From NCBI RefSeq assembly GCF_000328665.1, contig NC_019977.1:1302001-1366000 (forward strand): a stretch of 64,000 nt of DNA, in the 5' to 3' direction. This DNA comes from Methanomethylovorans hollandica DSM 15978 (GTDB lineage Archaea > Halobacteriota > Methanosarcinia > Methanosarcinales > Methanosarcinaceae). The position numbers and the translations under genes were made by a program. Below, piece after piece: positions 10,417-20,631 of this stretch. Numbering within the stretch: the stretch's first letter is position 1; each line of letters begins with the position of its first letter. Under the pieces are notes generated by a model. That model ran no database searches. It saw only the letters and a program-made list of their open reading frames with translations, and was not told where the DNA came from.

Positions 10417-11237
10417 ACCATTTATTAGCAAAAATAATCGGTAGAAATGGTGCAATCTTGAAAGTCATGTCTGATGAAAGAGATTTATTTGATTTACCTG
10501 ACTTATCAGATACCCATACATACACAACATCGTATACGCTTGAAGATGATGAATGGTATAAGTTGGACAATTTTTTGAGCCGTAATTATGAGAATGATCT
10601 GATTGGGACGCCATTTGATAGCACTCATTATAACCAAATAACCAGACAACAATACTCTAAAATTAATTATTTATGCAGTAAACAAGGAGATTTTTTTCTG
10701 TTTCAGAAAATGTCTTCAACTCGATTATTGAATAAAAAGTGGTTAGATATTTCAGGCGCACCGAGACTTGAAATTAATAGATCAATCATTATTCTCAATA
10801 GTTCTGTCGATGCAGCTTATAATATAAATGACGATATTCTTTATTTTAAGAATATTGCCAGAATCAAATCAATGTTCAGAGGTATTGAGGAACTTTACCG
10901 GGAAGCTACTCAAGCTGAAGTCGATGATTTTTTGAATCACAATTTTATTTCTCTGGCTGGAACATTTACTAGTGACACAGTGAAAACGTCTAATCGAAAA
11001 CGTATAGCAATAGCAATTGATATATTAAACCAATTCACGGAAGATGACGAAAGACAGATTTTCCAATATATTCGTTCTTATTGTGGAGACGTTCCGGTTA
11101 ACGGTGAAGCTTTTCTTGTCAGCACAGAGAATCATTTAAAAAAAATATTATACGGTATCGAGCAGAGATACTATACAACTCCGCTAGGCAATGAAAAAAG
11201 ACTTGCCAATTCTACGTTGACACTAAGTAGCAGCTAA
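10413..11237 (+). CDS. kwaB: KwaB-like protein (DUF4868, Kiwa defence)
   Basis: FLFQK, ILYFKN...IKSMFRGIEELYREAT, LYGIEQRYYTT...EKRLANS resemble DUF4868; ATGA overlap with the TM partner. Confidence 0.65.
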   Translation: MNHLLAKIIGRNGAILKVMSDERDLFDLPDLSDTHTYTTSYTLEDDEWYKLDNFLSRNYENDLIGTPFDSTHYNQITRQQYSKINYLCSKQGDFFLFQKMSSTRLLNKKWLDISGAPRLEINRSIIILNSSVDAAYNINDDILYFKNIARIKSMFRGIEELYREATQAEVDDFLNHNFISLAGTFTSDTVKTSNRKRIAIAIDILNQFTEDDERQIFQYIRSYCGDVPVNGEAFLVSTENHLKKILYGIEQRYYTTPLGNEKRLANSTLTLSSS

Positions 11238-11288
11238 TTGAAAACATAAATGAGATATTTGTAAACATGTCCACACCAGCAACCAACC

Positions 11289-12341
11289 ATGCGGAGCCAG
11301 AAACCCATGAATAAAAACCACCTTTCCAGCAACCAGTCAGATTTCATCCTCTACACCTCAAATGACGGGAACGTAAAGGCGGAAGTCAGATTACAGGATG
11401 AAACTATATGGCTGACTCAGAAATCGATCGGTGAGCTGTTCGGAAAATCAAAAGCAACGATTAGCGAGCATATTAAAAAAATATATGCGGAAGGGGAATT
11501 ACAGATGGATTCAACTGTTCGGAATTTCCGAACAGTTCAGATGGAAGGATCGAGGCAGGTGGAAAGAGACTTGGAATACTACAACCTCGATGTCATCATA
11601 TCGGTTGGCTACCGTGTCAACAGTTTCCAGGCAACCCAATTCCGCATCTGGGCGACCCGGACCCTGAAGGAATACATCATCAAAGGGTTCGTATTGGACG
11701 ATGAACGGCTCAAGCAGGGGAAGCAGGTTTTCGGCAGGGACTATTTCGAGGAACTCCTTGAGAGGATCAGGGAGATCCGTGCAAGCGAGCGGCGGTTCTA
11801 CCAGAAGATCACCGACATCTACACACTTTCTGCGGATTATGACAAAAATGCACCGCAAACAAAGGAATTCTTTGCCACGGTACAGAACAAGCTGCACTGG
11901 GCAATCACCGGGAAAACGGCGGCAGAGATCATTTATGATTCAGCGGATGCAACAAAGTTACACATGGGCCTGACAAACTGGAAACATGCACCCGACGGGA
12001 AAATACTGAAATCCGATGTATCAGTTGCCAAGAACTACCTCGGGGAAGCCCATATCAGGGAACTGAACAGGCTTGTCTCTGCCTATCTCGACCTCGCAGA
12101 AAACCGTGCACAACGCCACATCCTCATGAAAATGCAGGAATGGAGCGAATTCCTCCATAACTTCCTTGAACTGTCCAGCTATCCGATACTGAAGGACAAA
12201 GGCAGGGTCAGCGCATTAGAAGCAAAACTGAAAGCCGAACAGGAATACGAAGAATACCGGGTAACACAGGATAAAAATTATATCTCCGACTTTGACAGAG
12301 AGGTCCGGCGCATCATGGAGAGTACGGATGACTACAACTAA
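11289..12341 (+). CDS. rhuM: Virulence RhuM family protein
   Basis: ETIWLTQK, YYNLDVIISVGYRVNS.QATQFRIWAT, LLERIREIRASERRFYQKITDIY. Confidence 0.9.
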   Translation: MRSQKPMNKNHLSSNQSDFILYTSNDGNVKAEVRLQDETIWLTQKSIGELFGKSKATISEHIKKIYAEGELQMDSTVRNFRTVQMEGSRQVERDLEYYNLDVIISVGYRVNSFQATQFRIWATRTLKEYIIKGFVLDDERLKQGKQVFGRDYFEELLERIREIRASERRFYQKITDIYTLSADYDKNAPQTKEFFATVQNKLHWAITGKTAAEIIYDSADATKLHMGLTNWKHAPDGKILKSDVSVAKNYLGEAHIRELNRLVSAYLDLAENRAQRHILMKMQEWSEFLHNFLELSSYPILKDKGRVSALEAKLKAEQEYEEYRVTQDKNYISDFDREVRRIMESTDDYN

Positions 12342-12580
12342 GAAACTGCCCGACTACCAGACTACGGTCTACCGGACAAATGACGGGGACATCAACATTG
12401 AGGTGCTTTATGCCAATGAAAACGTCTGGCTGCCTCAAAAGCGGGATGGCAGAGTTATTCGGATGCAGTGCAGACAACATCTCGCTGCACTTTAAAAACA
12501 TCTACAAAGAGAAGGAACTTGATGATACTGCAACTACCGAGGATTTCTCGGTAGTTCAGACAGATGGTAACCGATTCTGA
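12328..12580 (+). pseudogene. Truncated, frameshifted second RhuM N-terminus
   Basis: ...ENVWLPQKR, a frameshift near 12445, then MAELFGCSADNISLHFKNIYKEKEL...TTEDFSVVQ and a stop. Confidence 0.8.
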
Positions 12581-12612
12581 AAGGGAAATACAGTGCATTA
12601 AAGAGGCCAGGA

Positions 12613-15600
12613 ATGTCCATGAATAAGATCACAGAGTCCGGAATAGAAAAATTCGCCATCGAACTCCTGGAACATCAGGGATACCGGTACGTCTATGCTC
12701 CTGACATCGCCCCGGACAGCGACACTCCCGAACGGGACAGGTTCGAAGATGTGCTGTTGTTGGAGCGCCTGCGCACAGCCGTCGGCCGGATTAATCCCAA
12801 CGTACCGGCAGATGCAAGGGAAGACGCCATCCGGCAGGTCCGGCGCCTGAATTCGCCAGAACTCATATCCAACAACGAGACGTTTCACAGGATGCTCACA
12901 GAGGGCATAAATGTAAGCTACCAAAAAGACGGAAATGACAGAGGCGACCTGGTCTGGCTCATTGATTTTAACGATACTGAAAATAACGAATTCCTTGTTG
13001 CCAATCAATTCACTGTCATTGAGAACGATGTGAACAAACGTCCGGATATCATTCTTTTTGTCAATGGTCTGCCACTTGTGGTTATCGAGCTCAAGAATCC
13101 CGCAGATGAGAACGCAACCGTAAGATCTGCATTCAGGCAGCTGCAGACCTATAAACAAACCATCCCATCTTTATTTGCATACAACGGTTTCATGGTCATC
13201 TCCGACGGGCTGGAAGCCAGGTCAGGTTCCCTCTCCGCCGGATTCACCCGGTTCATGACATGGAAAAGCTCGGACGGCAGAGTCGAAGCCTCACCGCTCA
13301 TCGGACAGCTTGAAACACTAATTAAAGGGATGCTTGAAAAAACCACACTCCTGGATATTCTCCGGCATTTCATCGTTTTTGAAAAATCAAAAAAAGAAGA
13401 CTCTACGACCGGTATCATCACCATCCGGACCGTGAAGAAGCTCGCTTCATATCATCAGTACTATGCAGTTAACCGGGCGGTGGAATCAACGCTCCGGGCA
13501 TCGGGTTATGTTGCAAAGGAGAAGTGGGACTGGAATACTTTAGGTATACAGCATGAAAGTCCCGAAAGCTATGGTCTTCCCGGAGTGAAAAAACAGCCCG
13601 TAGGGGACCGCAAAGGCGGCGTCATCTGGCACACCCAGGGAAGCGGCAAATCCCTTTCCATGGTATTCTACGCAGGGAAGATCGTACTCGCAATGGATAA
13701 CCCCACCATCGTGGTGATCACCGACAGGAACGATCTTGACGATCAGCTTTTTGACACCTTCGCCGCTTCAAAGCAACTCCTCAGACAAGAGCCTGTACAG
13801 GCAGAGAACAGGAACCATTTAAAAGAACTCCTGAACGTCGTATCAGGCGGCATCGTATTTACCACCATCCAGAAGTTCCAGCCCGAAGAAGGCAACGTCT
13901 ACCCGCAACTCTCAGACCGGGAAAACATCATTGTGATAGCTGACGAAGCACACCGGACACAATACGGCTTCAGGGCAAAACATGTTGACGTTAAAGATGA
14001 GCAGGGAAACGTGATCGGCAAAAAGATCGTTTACGGTTTCGCTAAATACACACGTGATGCCCTTCCCAATGCCACTTTCCTTGGTTTTACCGGTACGCCC
14101 ATAGAGAAAACAGACGTGAACACGCCTGCTGTTTTTGGTAATTATGTTGACATCTATGATATCTCGCAATCTATTGAGGACGGCGCCACGGTAAAGATAT
14201 ATTATGAGAGCAGGCTGGCAAAAGTCGCTCTGAGCAGTGAAGGAAAAAAGCTTGTCGCGGAACTGGATGAAGAGCTGGATAAAGAAGACCTTGCAGAGAC
14301 CCAGAAGATCAAAGCGAAGTGGACCCAGCTGGAAGCCTTGATAGGCAGTGAAGCCCGGATAAAACAGATAGCCCAGGATATTGTAACCCACTTCGGACAA
14401 CGACAGGAAGTGTTCGAAGGCAAAGGTATGATCGTTACAATGTCACGAAGGATAGCTGCCGACCTGTATGAGGAGATGATCAGAGTAAAACCGCAATGGC
14501 ACAGCGACGATCTCCGCAAAGGTGCCATCAAGGTGGTTATGACCTCCGCATCCTCCGACGGTCCCAGAATATCGAAACATCATACAACTAAAGATCAAAG
14601 AAGGGTTTTGGCAGAACGAATGAAAGACCCGGAGGACGAACTGCAACTGGTGATAGTCCGGGATATGTGGCTAACGGGTTTCGATGTTCCGTGTCTCCAC
14701 ACAATGTACATCGACAAGCCAATGAAAGGTCATACCCTCATGCAGGCCATCGCACGGGTAAACCGCGTCTATAAAGACAAGCCCGGCAGCCTGATAGTTG
14801 ATTATCTGGGAATAGCCTCCGACCTCAAGGAAGCCTTATCCTTCTACTCTGATAGCGGAGGGAAGGGCGATCCTGCTGTCCTTCAGGAAAAAGCAGTTCA
14901 GTTAATGCTTGAGAAACTGGAGATCGTATCCCAGATGTTCCATGGATTTGCCTTTGAGGATTACTTTGAAGCGGATACATCCAGAAAGCTGTCAATCATA
15001 CTTGAAGCGGAAGAACATATCCTGGGTCTGGAAAATGGCAAAAAAAGGTATATTGATGAAGTAACTGCTTTATCAAAGACATTTTCCCTTGCTATCCCGC
15101 ATGAACAGGCAATGGATGTAAAGGATGAGATATCGTTCTATCAGGCAGTAAAAGCCAGGCTTGTAAAATTTGACAGTACCGGCATCGGAAAAACAGACGA
15201 GGAAATTGAAACTGCGATCAGACAGGTTATTGATAAGGCCCTTGTTACCGAACGGGTGATAGATGTATTTGATGCGGCCGGGATTAAAAAACCGGATATT
15301 TCCATATTGTCAGAAGATTTCCTTGCAGAAGTCCGGAATATGGAACACAAAAACCTAGCCATGGAAGTCCTGAAAAAGTTGCTCAATGATGAAATAAGAG
15401 CCCGCACAAAGAAGAACCTTGTTCAGAGCAGGTCATTAATGGAAATGCTGGAAAATTCCATCGTCAGATATCATAACAAGGTCTTAACTGCAGCTGAGGT
15501 TATCGAGGAATTAATCAAACTCAGTAAAGAGATCAAACGGATGGACAAAGAGCCTCAGGAAATGGGTTTGTCTGAATTCGAATATGCCTTTTACACGGCA

Positions 15601-15858
15601 ATTGCGGATAATGAAAGTGCCAGAGAAGTAATGCAAAAAGAGCAATTGAGAGAATTAGCTGTTGTTTTATTTGAAAAGGTAAAACAAAACGCATCCATCG
15701 ACTGGACAATTAAAGAAAGCGTCAGGGCTAAATTAAAAGTAATTGTAAAAAGGACCCTGCGACAATATGGTTATCCACCTGATATGCAGGCACTGGCTAC
15801 GGAAACCGTGCTCAGGCAGGCGGAATTGATCGCAGATGAAATAACAAAGGATGTTTAA
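12613..15858 (+). CDS. hsdR: Type I R-M restriction subunit
   Basis: RPDI...VVIELK nuclease, WHTQGSGKS, DEAHR, QAIARVNR, C-terminal YGYPPD. Confidence 0.96.
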   Translation: MSMNKITESGIEKFAIELLEHQGYRYVYAPDIAPDSDTPERDRFEDVLLLERLRTAVGRINPNVPADAREDAIRQVRRLNSPELISNNETFHRMLTEGINVSYQKDGNDRGDLVWLIDFNDTENNEFLVANQFTVIENDVNKRPDIILFVNGLPLVVIELKNPADENATVRSAFRQLQTYKQTIPSLFAYNGFMVISDGLEARSGSLSAGFTRFMTWKSSDGRVEASPLIGQLETLIKGMLEKTTLLDILRHFIVFEKSKKEDSTTGIITIRTVKKLASYHQYYAVNRAVESTLRASGYVAKEKWDWNTLGIQHESPESYGLPGVKKQPVGDRKGGVIWHTQGSGKSLSMVFYAGKIVLAMDNPTIVVITDRNDLDDQLFDTFAASKQLLRQEPVQAENRNHLKELLNVVSGGIVFTTIQKFQPEEGNVYPQLSDRENIIVIADEAHRTQYGFRAKHVDVKDEQGNVIGKKIVYGFAKYTRDALPNATFLGFTGTPIEKTDVNTPAVFGNYVDIYDISQSIEDGATVKIYYESRLAKVALSSEGKKLVAELDEELDKEDLAETQKIKAKWTQLEALIGSEARIKQIAQDIVTHFGQRQEVFEGKGMIVTMSRRIAADLYEEMIRVKPQWHSDDLRKGAIKVVMTSASSDGPRISKHHTTKDQRRVLAERMKDPEDELQLVIVRDMWLTGFDVPCLHTMYIDKPMKGHTLMQAIARVNRVYKDKPGSLIVDYLGIASDLKEALSFYSDSGGKGDPAVLQEKAVQLMLEKLEIVSQMFHGFAFEDYFEADTSRKLSIILEAEEHILGLENGKKRYIDEVTALSKTFSLAIPHEQAMDVKDEISFYQAVKARLVKFDSTGIGKTDEEIETAIRQVIDKALVTERVIDVFDAAGIKKPDISILSEDFLAEVRNMEHKNLAMEVLKKLLNDEIRARTKKNLVQSRSLMEMLENSIVRYHNKVLTAAEVIEELIKLSKEIKRMDKEPQEMGLSEFEYAFYTAIADNESAREVMQKEQLRELAVVLFEKVKQNASIDWTIKESVRAKLKVIVKRTLRQYGYPPDMQALATETVLRQAELIADEITKDV

Positions 15859-15876
15859 TTATCGAATAGAATATTT

Positions 15877-16131
15877 TTAAGTATCTAGCCCCACAGCATT
15901 GATAGCACGCAGGCACTCAGCTTCTAGCAAAGCGTAGCCGTAGTTAAGCATGGCATTAACCATGTCCCCTGCCCCTGTGGCCCTCCGGCTCGAATCAATC
16001 CTTGATTCAAAATCGTATTTCTCAGGAATGGCTTTTGAGAACTCATTCCAATATTTGTAGGCAACCCCACCTTCAACACCCATAATTTCCTGATTTTTGA
16101 TATGGTGAACTCCGTTCTTTTTATTTCTCAT
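15877..16131 (-). pseudogene. cas1: Casposase (Cas1-solo) relic A
   Basis: IMGVEGGVAYKYW...NAMLNYGYALLEAECLRAINAVGLD is the Cas1 catalytic-domain core; truncated at both ends; no CRISPR array or other cas genes. Confidence 0.82.
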
Positions 16132-16296
16132 TTTTGCGCCAATGCGTACAACTATATATACATGCTGGACAAGGCTTTAATACTTTAATTCTTATGTACA
16201 TAATATCTGTATTGGATTAGTTAGTATCCTCTTTAGGATGCTGATTCAGGATCCAGATCAAAATCTTAACATAATGATCATTTATAAGGCGATATC

Positions 16297-16698
16297 ATGA
16301 AAGTAAGCGTACCATGTATGGGAAAAGGCGGAAGCGATGACGCAGTCAGCCAGCATTTTGGAAGGGCACCTGCCTACACTGTTTTTGACACAGAGACTGG
16401 GGAATATTCCGTTGTAATGAAAAATGGTAGTGAAGGTCCTGCTGACCTGATGGCTGGAGCCGGTGTGAATGTAATGCTCTGTGGAGGTATTGGAAAGGGT
16501 GCTGCAGTGATGCTCCAGCAGAGAGGGATCGATGTTTTCCTCGGTGCATCTGGAACGATAAAAGATGCCATTGATGCGTGGGAGTCCGGTGCTCTCTCAA
16601 AGAACCAGAATGGTAACTGCGACAGCCATGAACATGATCACAATCATGACGACTGCAGTTGTAATTGCAGCTGTCACAGTCAGGTCTCAATAAGCTGA
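16297..16698 (+). CDS. NifB/NifX (FeMo-co binding-like) family protein with His/Cys-rich tail
   Basis: VSQHFGRAP, LCGGIG motifs. Confidence 0.88.
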   Translation: MKVSVPCMGKGGSDDAVSQHFGRAPAYTVFDTETGEYSVVMKNGSEGPADLMAGAGVNVMLCGGIGKGAAVMLQQRGIDVFLGASGTIKDAIDAWESGALSKNQNGNCDSHEHDHNHDDCSCNCSCHSQVSIS

Positions 16699-16789
16699 GC
16701 TGCTGCCGAAACATAAAAGAGAATTGCCACCTAATGTGGCAAACTCCATTACTGCAATACAATTGTCTGAATGCAGGCAATTGTTTTCT

Positions 16790-17006
16790 CCTTTTGTGCC
16801 AGATGGTTTAATCCTTAGAGAAGAACTTTCAGTTCTAATTAAGTCATTAGGATTAATTTTCCCAGTTTCTACAAGATTGATTACTGCAAGATCAACACGG
16901 AATCTGAAAGGCTCTTGAGCATAAAATTGACCATATCACCGGCTGATACTGGTCTTCTGTATTGGTCTATCCTGGAACAGAAGTCATATTTCTCAGGAAT
17001 TGCCTT
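16790..17006 (-). pseudogene. cas1: Casposase (Cas1-solo) relic B with internal deletion
   Basis: Minus strand KAIPEKYDFCSRIDQYRRPVSAGDMVNFML joined, with a frame change, to QEPFRFRVDLAVINLVETGKINPNDLIRTESSSLRIKPSG; not in the ORF track. Confidence 0.75.
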
Positions 17007-17212
17007 TTTTTAGCCATAATGACAAAGTCTAATAATTTACTTGTAAATAATATTATAGTCTGCGATCATTTAACAAATGTGCTGATGAATAAAATCAGAA
17101 CATACAGAGATTTCATTGCTCATCTGTTATGGCCAAAAAAATAATATAAGGATTTTTAATACAAGCTCGGTCTCTAACTTTATTTACGATCTCTTGTTGC
17201 TTTGTTTAAAAA

Positions 17213-18160
17213 TCAACTACCTCTCTCTACTGTAATTTGATCGTAAACTATACCTTCTGGTAATCGATCTAGTCCTTTCCTCTTGTCTGCTGGCTGTGCA
17301 AGGTAAGTTTCAAAATCTTGTTGGGTATTACTATCTGCAATAATGGCACATATATCCATCTTTACATTGGTACTATATGGCTCGCCAAGGTAGGCAGGAG
17401 AATACCACTCTCCATTATTACTACTAATTGCAGCAGAGTTAGGTTGAGGATAATAACGATTAGATGAAAGGACTACAACCCATATTGTACTTCCTTCGGG
17501 TATGTTTTTTGATGTTCCTTTCACAGTTTCTTGATAATCAACTAAAGTATTATCGTTTGGATAGGTAATTTCTACTATAGAAACTGCAGGATCATCTTTC
17601 ACTGCGTAATTTGTGATATTGTCTTCTATGTTGTTATGCGGAACCACGAGAAGGTTATAATAGGTACTGTGCATTTTTCCATCAGCACCCTGACCCTTAA
17701 TCTCAATTTCGTGTTTACCTATTAAAACACTTTTATCAACATTTATCATTAAATTAGAAGTATATGAGGGAGAAGCTCCTCCAATGGGTCGAATAAATGT
17801 GGTCACAACACCAGAAGGTTGCTGACTTGAACTGAGGCTAATCGATTCATCATATCCGTTTATACTCTCAACAGTGATTGATGTTTGTACTACTCCTCCC
17901 TGTTCAACTTTTCCTTCCATTGGGTCAACAGAAATACTAAAGTCCGATAATTCATCCGATAATTCATCCTGATGATTAACAAAACCAATTAGAAGCATTG
18001 CAACTAGGGTTAAAAATCCTATTAATAGAGTTAAAAGTTGATCTTTGGATAATTTTGTCCTCTTCCCTTTTTGGCTTTTAATTATGGGTGGATTTGGGTT
18101 CTTCGTTGTTGAATCTTGATTTGTGGATATATTTGTCTTCTTCACCGTGCACCAACTCAA
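17213..18160 (-). CDS. Hypothetical membrane-anchored extracellular protein
   Basis: 315 aa, one N-terminal TM, beta-rich Ser/Thr-rich body; start uncertain. Confidence 0.55.
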   Translation of the reverse strand: MSWCTVKKTNISTNQDSTTKNPNPPIIKSQKGKRTKLSKDQLLTLLIGFLTLVAMLLIGFVNHQDELSDELSDFSISVDPMEGKVEQGGVVQTSITVESINGYDESISLSSSQQPSGVVTTFIRPIGGASPSYTSNLMINVDKSVLIGKHEIEIKGQGADGKMHSTYYNLLVVPHNNIEDNITNYAVKDDPAVSIVEITYPNDNTLVDYQETVKGTSKNIPEGSTIWVVVLSSNRYYPQPNSAAISSNNGEWYSPAYLGEPYSTNVKMDICAIIADSNTQQDFETYLAQPADKRKGLDRLPEGIVYDQITVERGS

Positions 18161-18358
18161 TATTTTACTTTCAATTTCTTTAATATATTCTCAATTCCAA
18201 TGTAAATAGATATCGTTTAAACGTAATAAAATATAATATATAAACAAAATAGTATAAAACTGAAAGAAGGGATTTCACTCCTTCTTTCCACCAAACATAT
18301 ACAGTACAAATGCACTGAGACCAACGAGAGGCAGGAGTACTACAAAACCATAAGTTCT

Positions 18359-18814
18359 GTAGATATTGAGGCTAAGTATTCTAGGGTGTATGCTATTTCG
18401 AAGCTTACTGGTTCTACCCCCAGGGTGTTGGCCAGGTTTAAGATACTTAATGAAAACAAAACCTGAGGGCAACGAATAAAACCCTTCAACTTTTACAACC
18501 TGGGGTTCCAGATAATAAAAGAGAATGGTAAATCTGTGAAACCCTTAGCCCCTTTCTCTACCAATCCCCAGGAAATAGTGTATGAGCCTTTCATTGATTA
18601 TGAAACAGGAGAGATTAAGCAAGGATCACATTACTTCAAACCACTAAGTAAAATCATAATGCAATATGTAGATCATACAAAGAACAAGTTTGATGATGAT
18701 GTGGCTATTCTGGAAAGAAAGCATGTTCAGGCTGATGATGTTATTTACATAGGAAAGGAAGCAAACAATATTGATGAAAGCGCAATCATTAGCCCGAGAC
18801 CACAAAAGATTTAA
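18359..18814 (+). pseudogene. C-terminal relic of a casposon-type family B DNA polymerase
   Basis: One frame reads YAISKLTGSTPRVLARFKILNENKT*GQRIKPFNF...KPLAPFSTNPQEIVYEPFIDYETGE...LERKHV...YIGKEANNI with one in-frame TGA; resembles family 2 casposon PolB C-terminus (from memory). Confidence 0.65.
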
Positions 18815-18837
18815 ACAGTTATCTATTTACAAGCTTT

Positions 18838-19608
18838 ATGACAGAATCGCCAATTTTTGAGATATTTGATGGATTGCCCAGGCAGGGTCCTGGCAGTAAT
18901 GAATGTACTGAAAAAGCCTTTAATTTGCTTTCTTCCCTTCCTGCAGGCACTAAGATCCTTGACATTGGTTGTGGTGTGGGCATGCAGACAATACATCTTG
19001 CGAAGATCTGCAACGATTGTCACATCACTGCAACTGACATTTACCAGCCTTTTCTGGATAAACTGATGGAAAATGCAGTTAAAGAAGGACTTGATGACAG
19101 GATTACCACGGTTTGTGCTTCCATGGATGACCTGCCTTTTGAAGCCGGAGAATTCGACATAATCTGGGCAGAAGGCTCCATCTTTATCCTTGGTCTTGAA
19201 AAAGGAATTAGCTACTGGAAACAGTTTCTGAAAGAAGGGGGTTACATGGCAGTGACAGAGAACACATGGTTCACGGATGAACCTTCTTCGAAAGTGCTTC
19301 AATTCTGGCAGGATATATATCCTGGTATCATGAACATACCTGACACTGAAAAAGTTATCACGGCAGCAGGATATGATATCATTGACCACTTTAAACTGCC
19401 AGCTTCGACATGGCATGATTTTTACTCCCATCTGGAAAAAAGAGTCCATGACATCAGTGATAGCTATAAAGAAAACACCGATGCAGAAATGATTCTTAGT
19501 TTTAACAGAAAAGAGATAGAGCTCTTCAGAGAGTATCCAGATGAATATGGTTATGCATTCTACATTTTTCGGAAGAACGCAAATAAATGTCCTGTTACTG
19601 ATAAATAA
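18838..19608 (+). CDS. Class I SAM-dependent methyltransferase
   Basis: LPRQGPG, ILDIGCGVG, FDIIWAEG. Confidence 0.92.
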   Translation: MTESPIFEIFDGLPRQGPGSNECTEKAFNLLSSLPAGTKILDIGCGVGMQTIHLAKICNDCHITATDIYQPFLDKLMENAVKEGLDDRITTVCASMDDLPFEAGEFDIIWAEGSIFILGLEKGISYWKQFLKEGGYMAVTENTWFTDEPSSKVLQFWQDIYPGIMNIPDTEKVITAAGYDIIDHFKLPASTWHDFYSHLEKRVHDISDSYKENTDAEMILSFNRKEIELFREYPDEYGYAFYIFRKNANKCPVTDK

Positions 19609-20046
19609 TTAAATGAACCTGAAACTTGAAAAGAAATCAAAGGAAAACAATATCTACTATCGTATATGGGGAGTGACTTGCTCATAAAAAGCAGGTCATA
19701 TCCGAATACAAATCGTTTTTAATTAAATTTTTTGCTCTACTACTCATCCCCATTTATGCTATTCGCCAACCACATTTTTTCTTCATTCTGACAAGTTCAA
19801 TGGCTTCTTTGCCTGTCATGTGTCCAATCTCATTTTCAACAAGACACAACTGCCTACATTTGATTATGAAGGTGATTTTTCATGAGTAATTTGTAGCTTG
19901 CAAAAAAATGTCAGGCAACATCAGGAAAATAATGACCCAGTATTGAAACAAATGTGATGCACCCAATTACTGTAGAAATTATAGATGTTCCAAGAACAAT
20001 GGTACTATTCTCATAGAGTTAGGCAACATATATTCATAGATTTTAT

Positions 20047-20433
20047 TCACAGTTGCGTATTAATTTTTTCAATAGTAATAACCAATGCCCCTCTTGCCCA
20101 AGAAAATTTTGATTTTGCCAGATCAGCATATTTTCCTGAAGTTTGAACTTCTCCTTTTCCAGAAATGCAGCATCCCTGACCAGGGCTATTGGTCCCCTGG
20201 ACTTTCTTTGAAGCTATCAGCATCTCCACTTGGGGGTTCTTTTTAAGGTTCTCCTCGGTTATATTATAAAATCCGGCCGGAATAACGATTATTCCGCTAT
20301 CTTCAGTTTTTAATGCTCTCATATATCCCCCCCATGTAGCCACCATATGTGGACCACTATCTCCGCAAGTTGCAATGGCAACCCATTCTGTATTATCTAG
20401 AACTTCCTTGCATTTGCCTTCTATTTGTACTAT
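20047..20433 (-). CDS. FMN-binding / pyridoxamine 5'-phosphate oxidase-like protein (frame opens at an ATA codon)
   Basis: WVAIAT...GPHMVATW, IPAG...TEENLKKNPQV; frame extends 29 codons upstream of the tracked ATG. Confidence 0.7.
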   Translation of the reverse strand: MVQIEGKCKEVLDNTEWVAIATCGDSGPHMVATWGGYMRALKTEDSGIIVIPAGFYNITEENLKKNPQVEMLIASKKVQGTNSPGQGCCISGKGEVQTSGKYADLAKSKFSWARGALVITIEKINTQL

Positions 20434-20631
20434 ATTAGCCCCCCATTAATTTCAATCAAATGATTTCAAACTAGTATAATTAACTACGTTTTTATAAAAT
20501 ATAAATCAATGGGTTTGAAATCTCATATTTAAGGGGTAAATAAATTACAGTTTATTTAAGTGTGTTAAAAGATATTATAATGAAGACAAATATGTGGGAA
20601 AAACAAAAAAGAAGGTTTTTAATTACGAAAA

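Noticed and set aside
15877..17006. cas1 as part of a CRISPR-Cas locus
   Set aside because: No cas2, other cas genes or array; a PolB-like relic and the tRNA-Leu context favour casposons
18275..18472. 65-aa minus-strand ORF
   Set aside because: Appears to be an orphan C-terminal TM tail joined to the antisense of the PolB relic
19720..19750. ...CTACTACTCATCCCC as a casposon right TIR
   Set aside because: It resembles a GGGGAT-type end, but I found no partner repeat or target duplication near the tRNA
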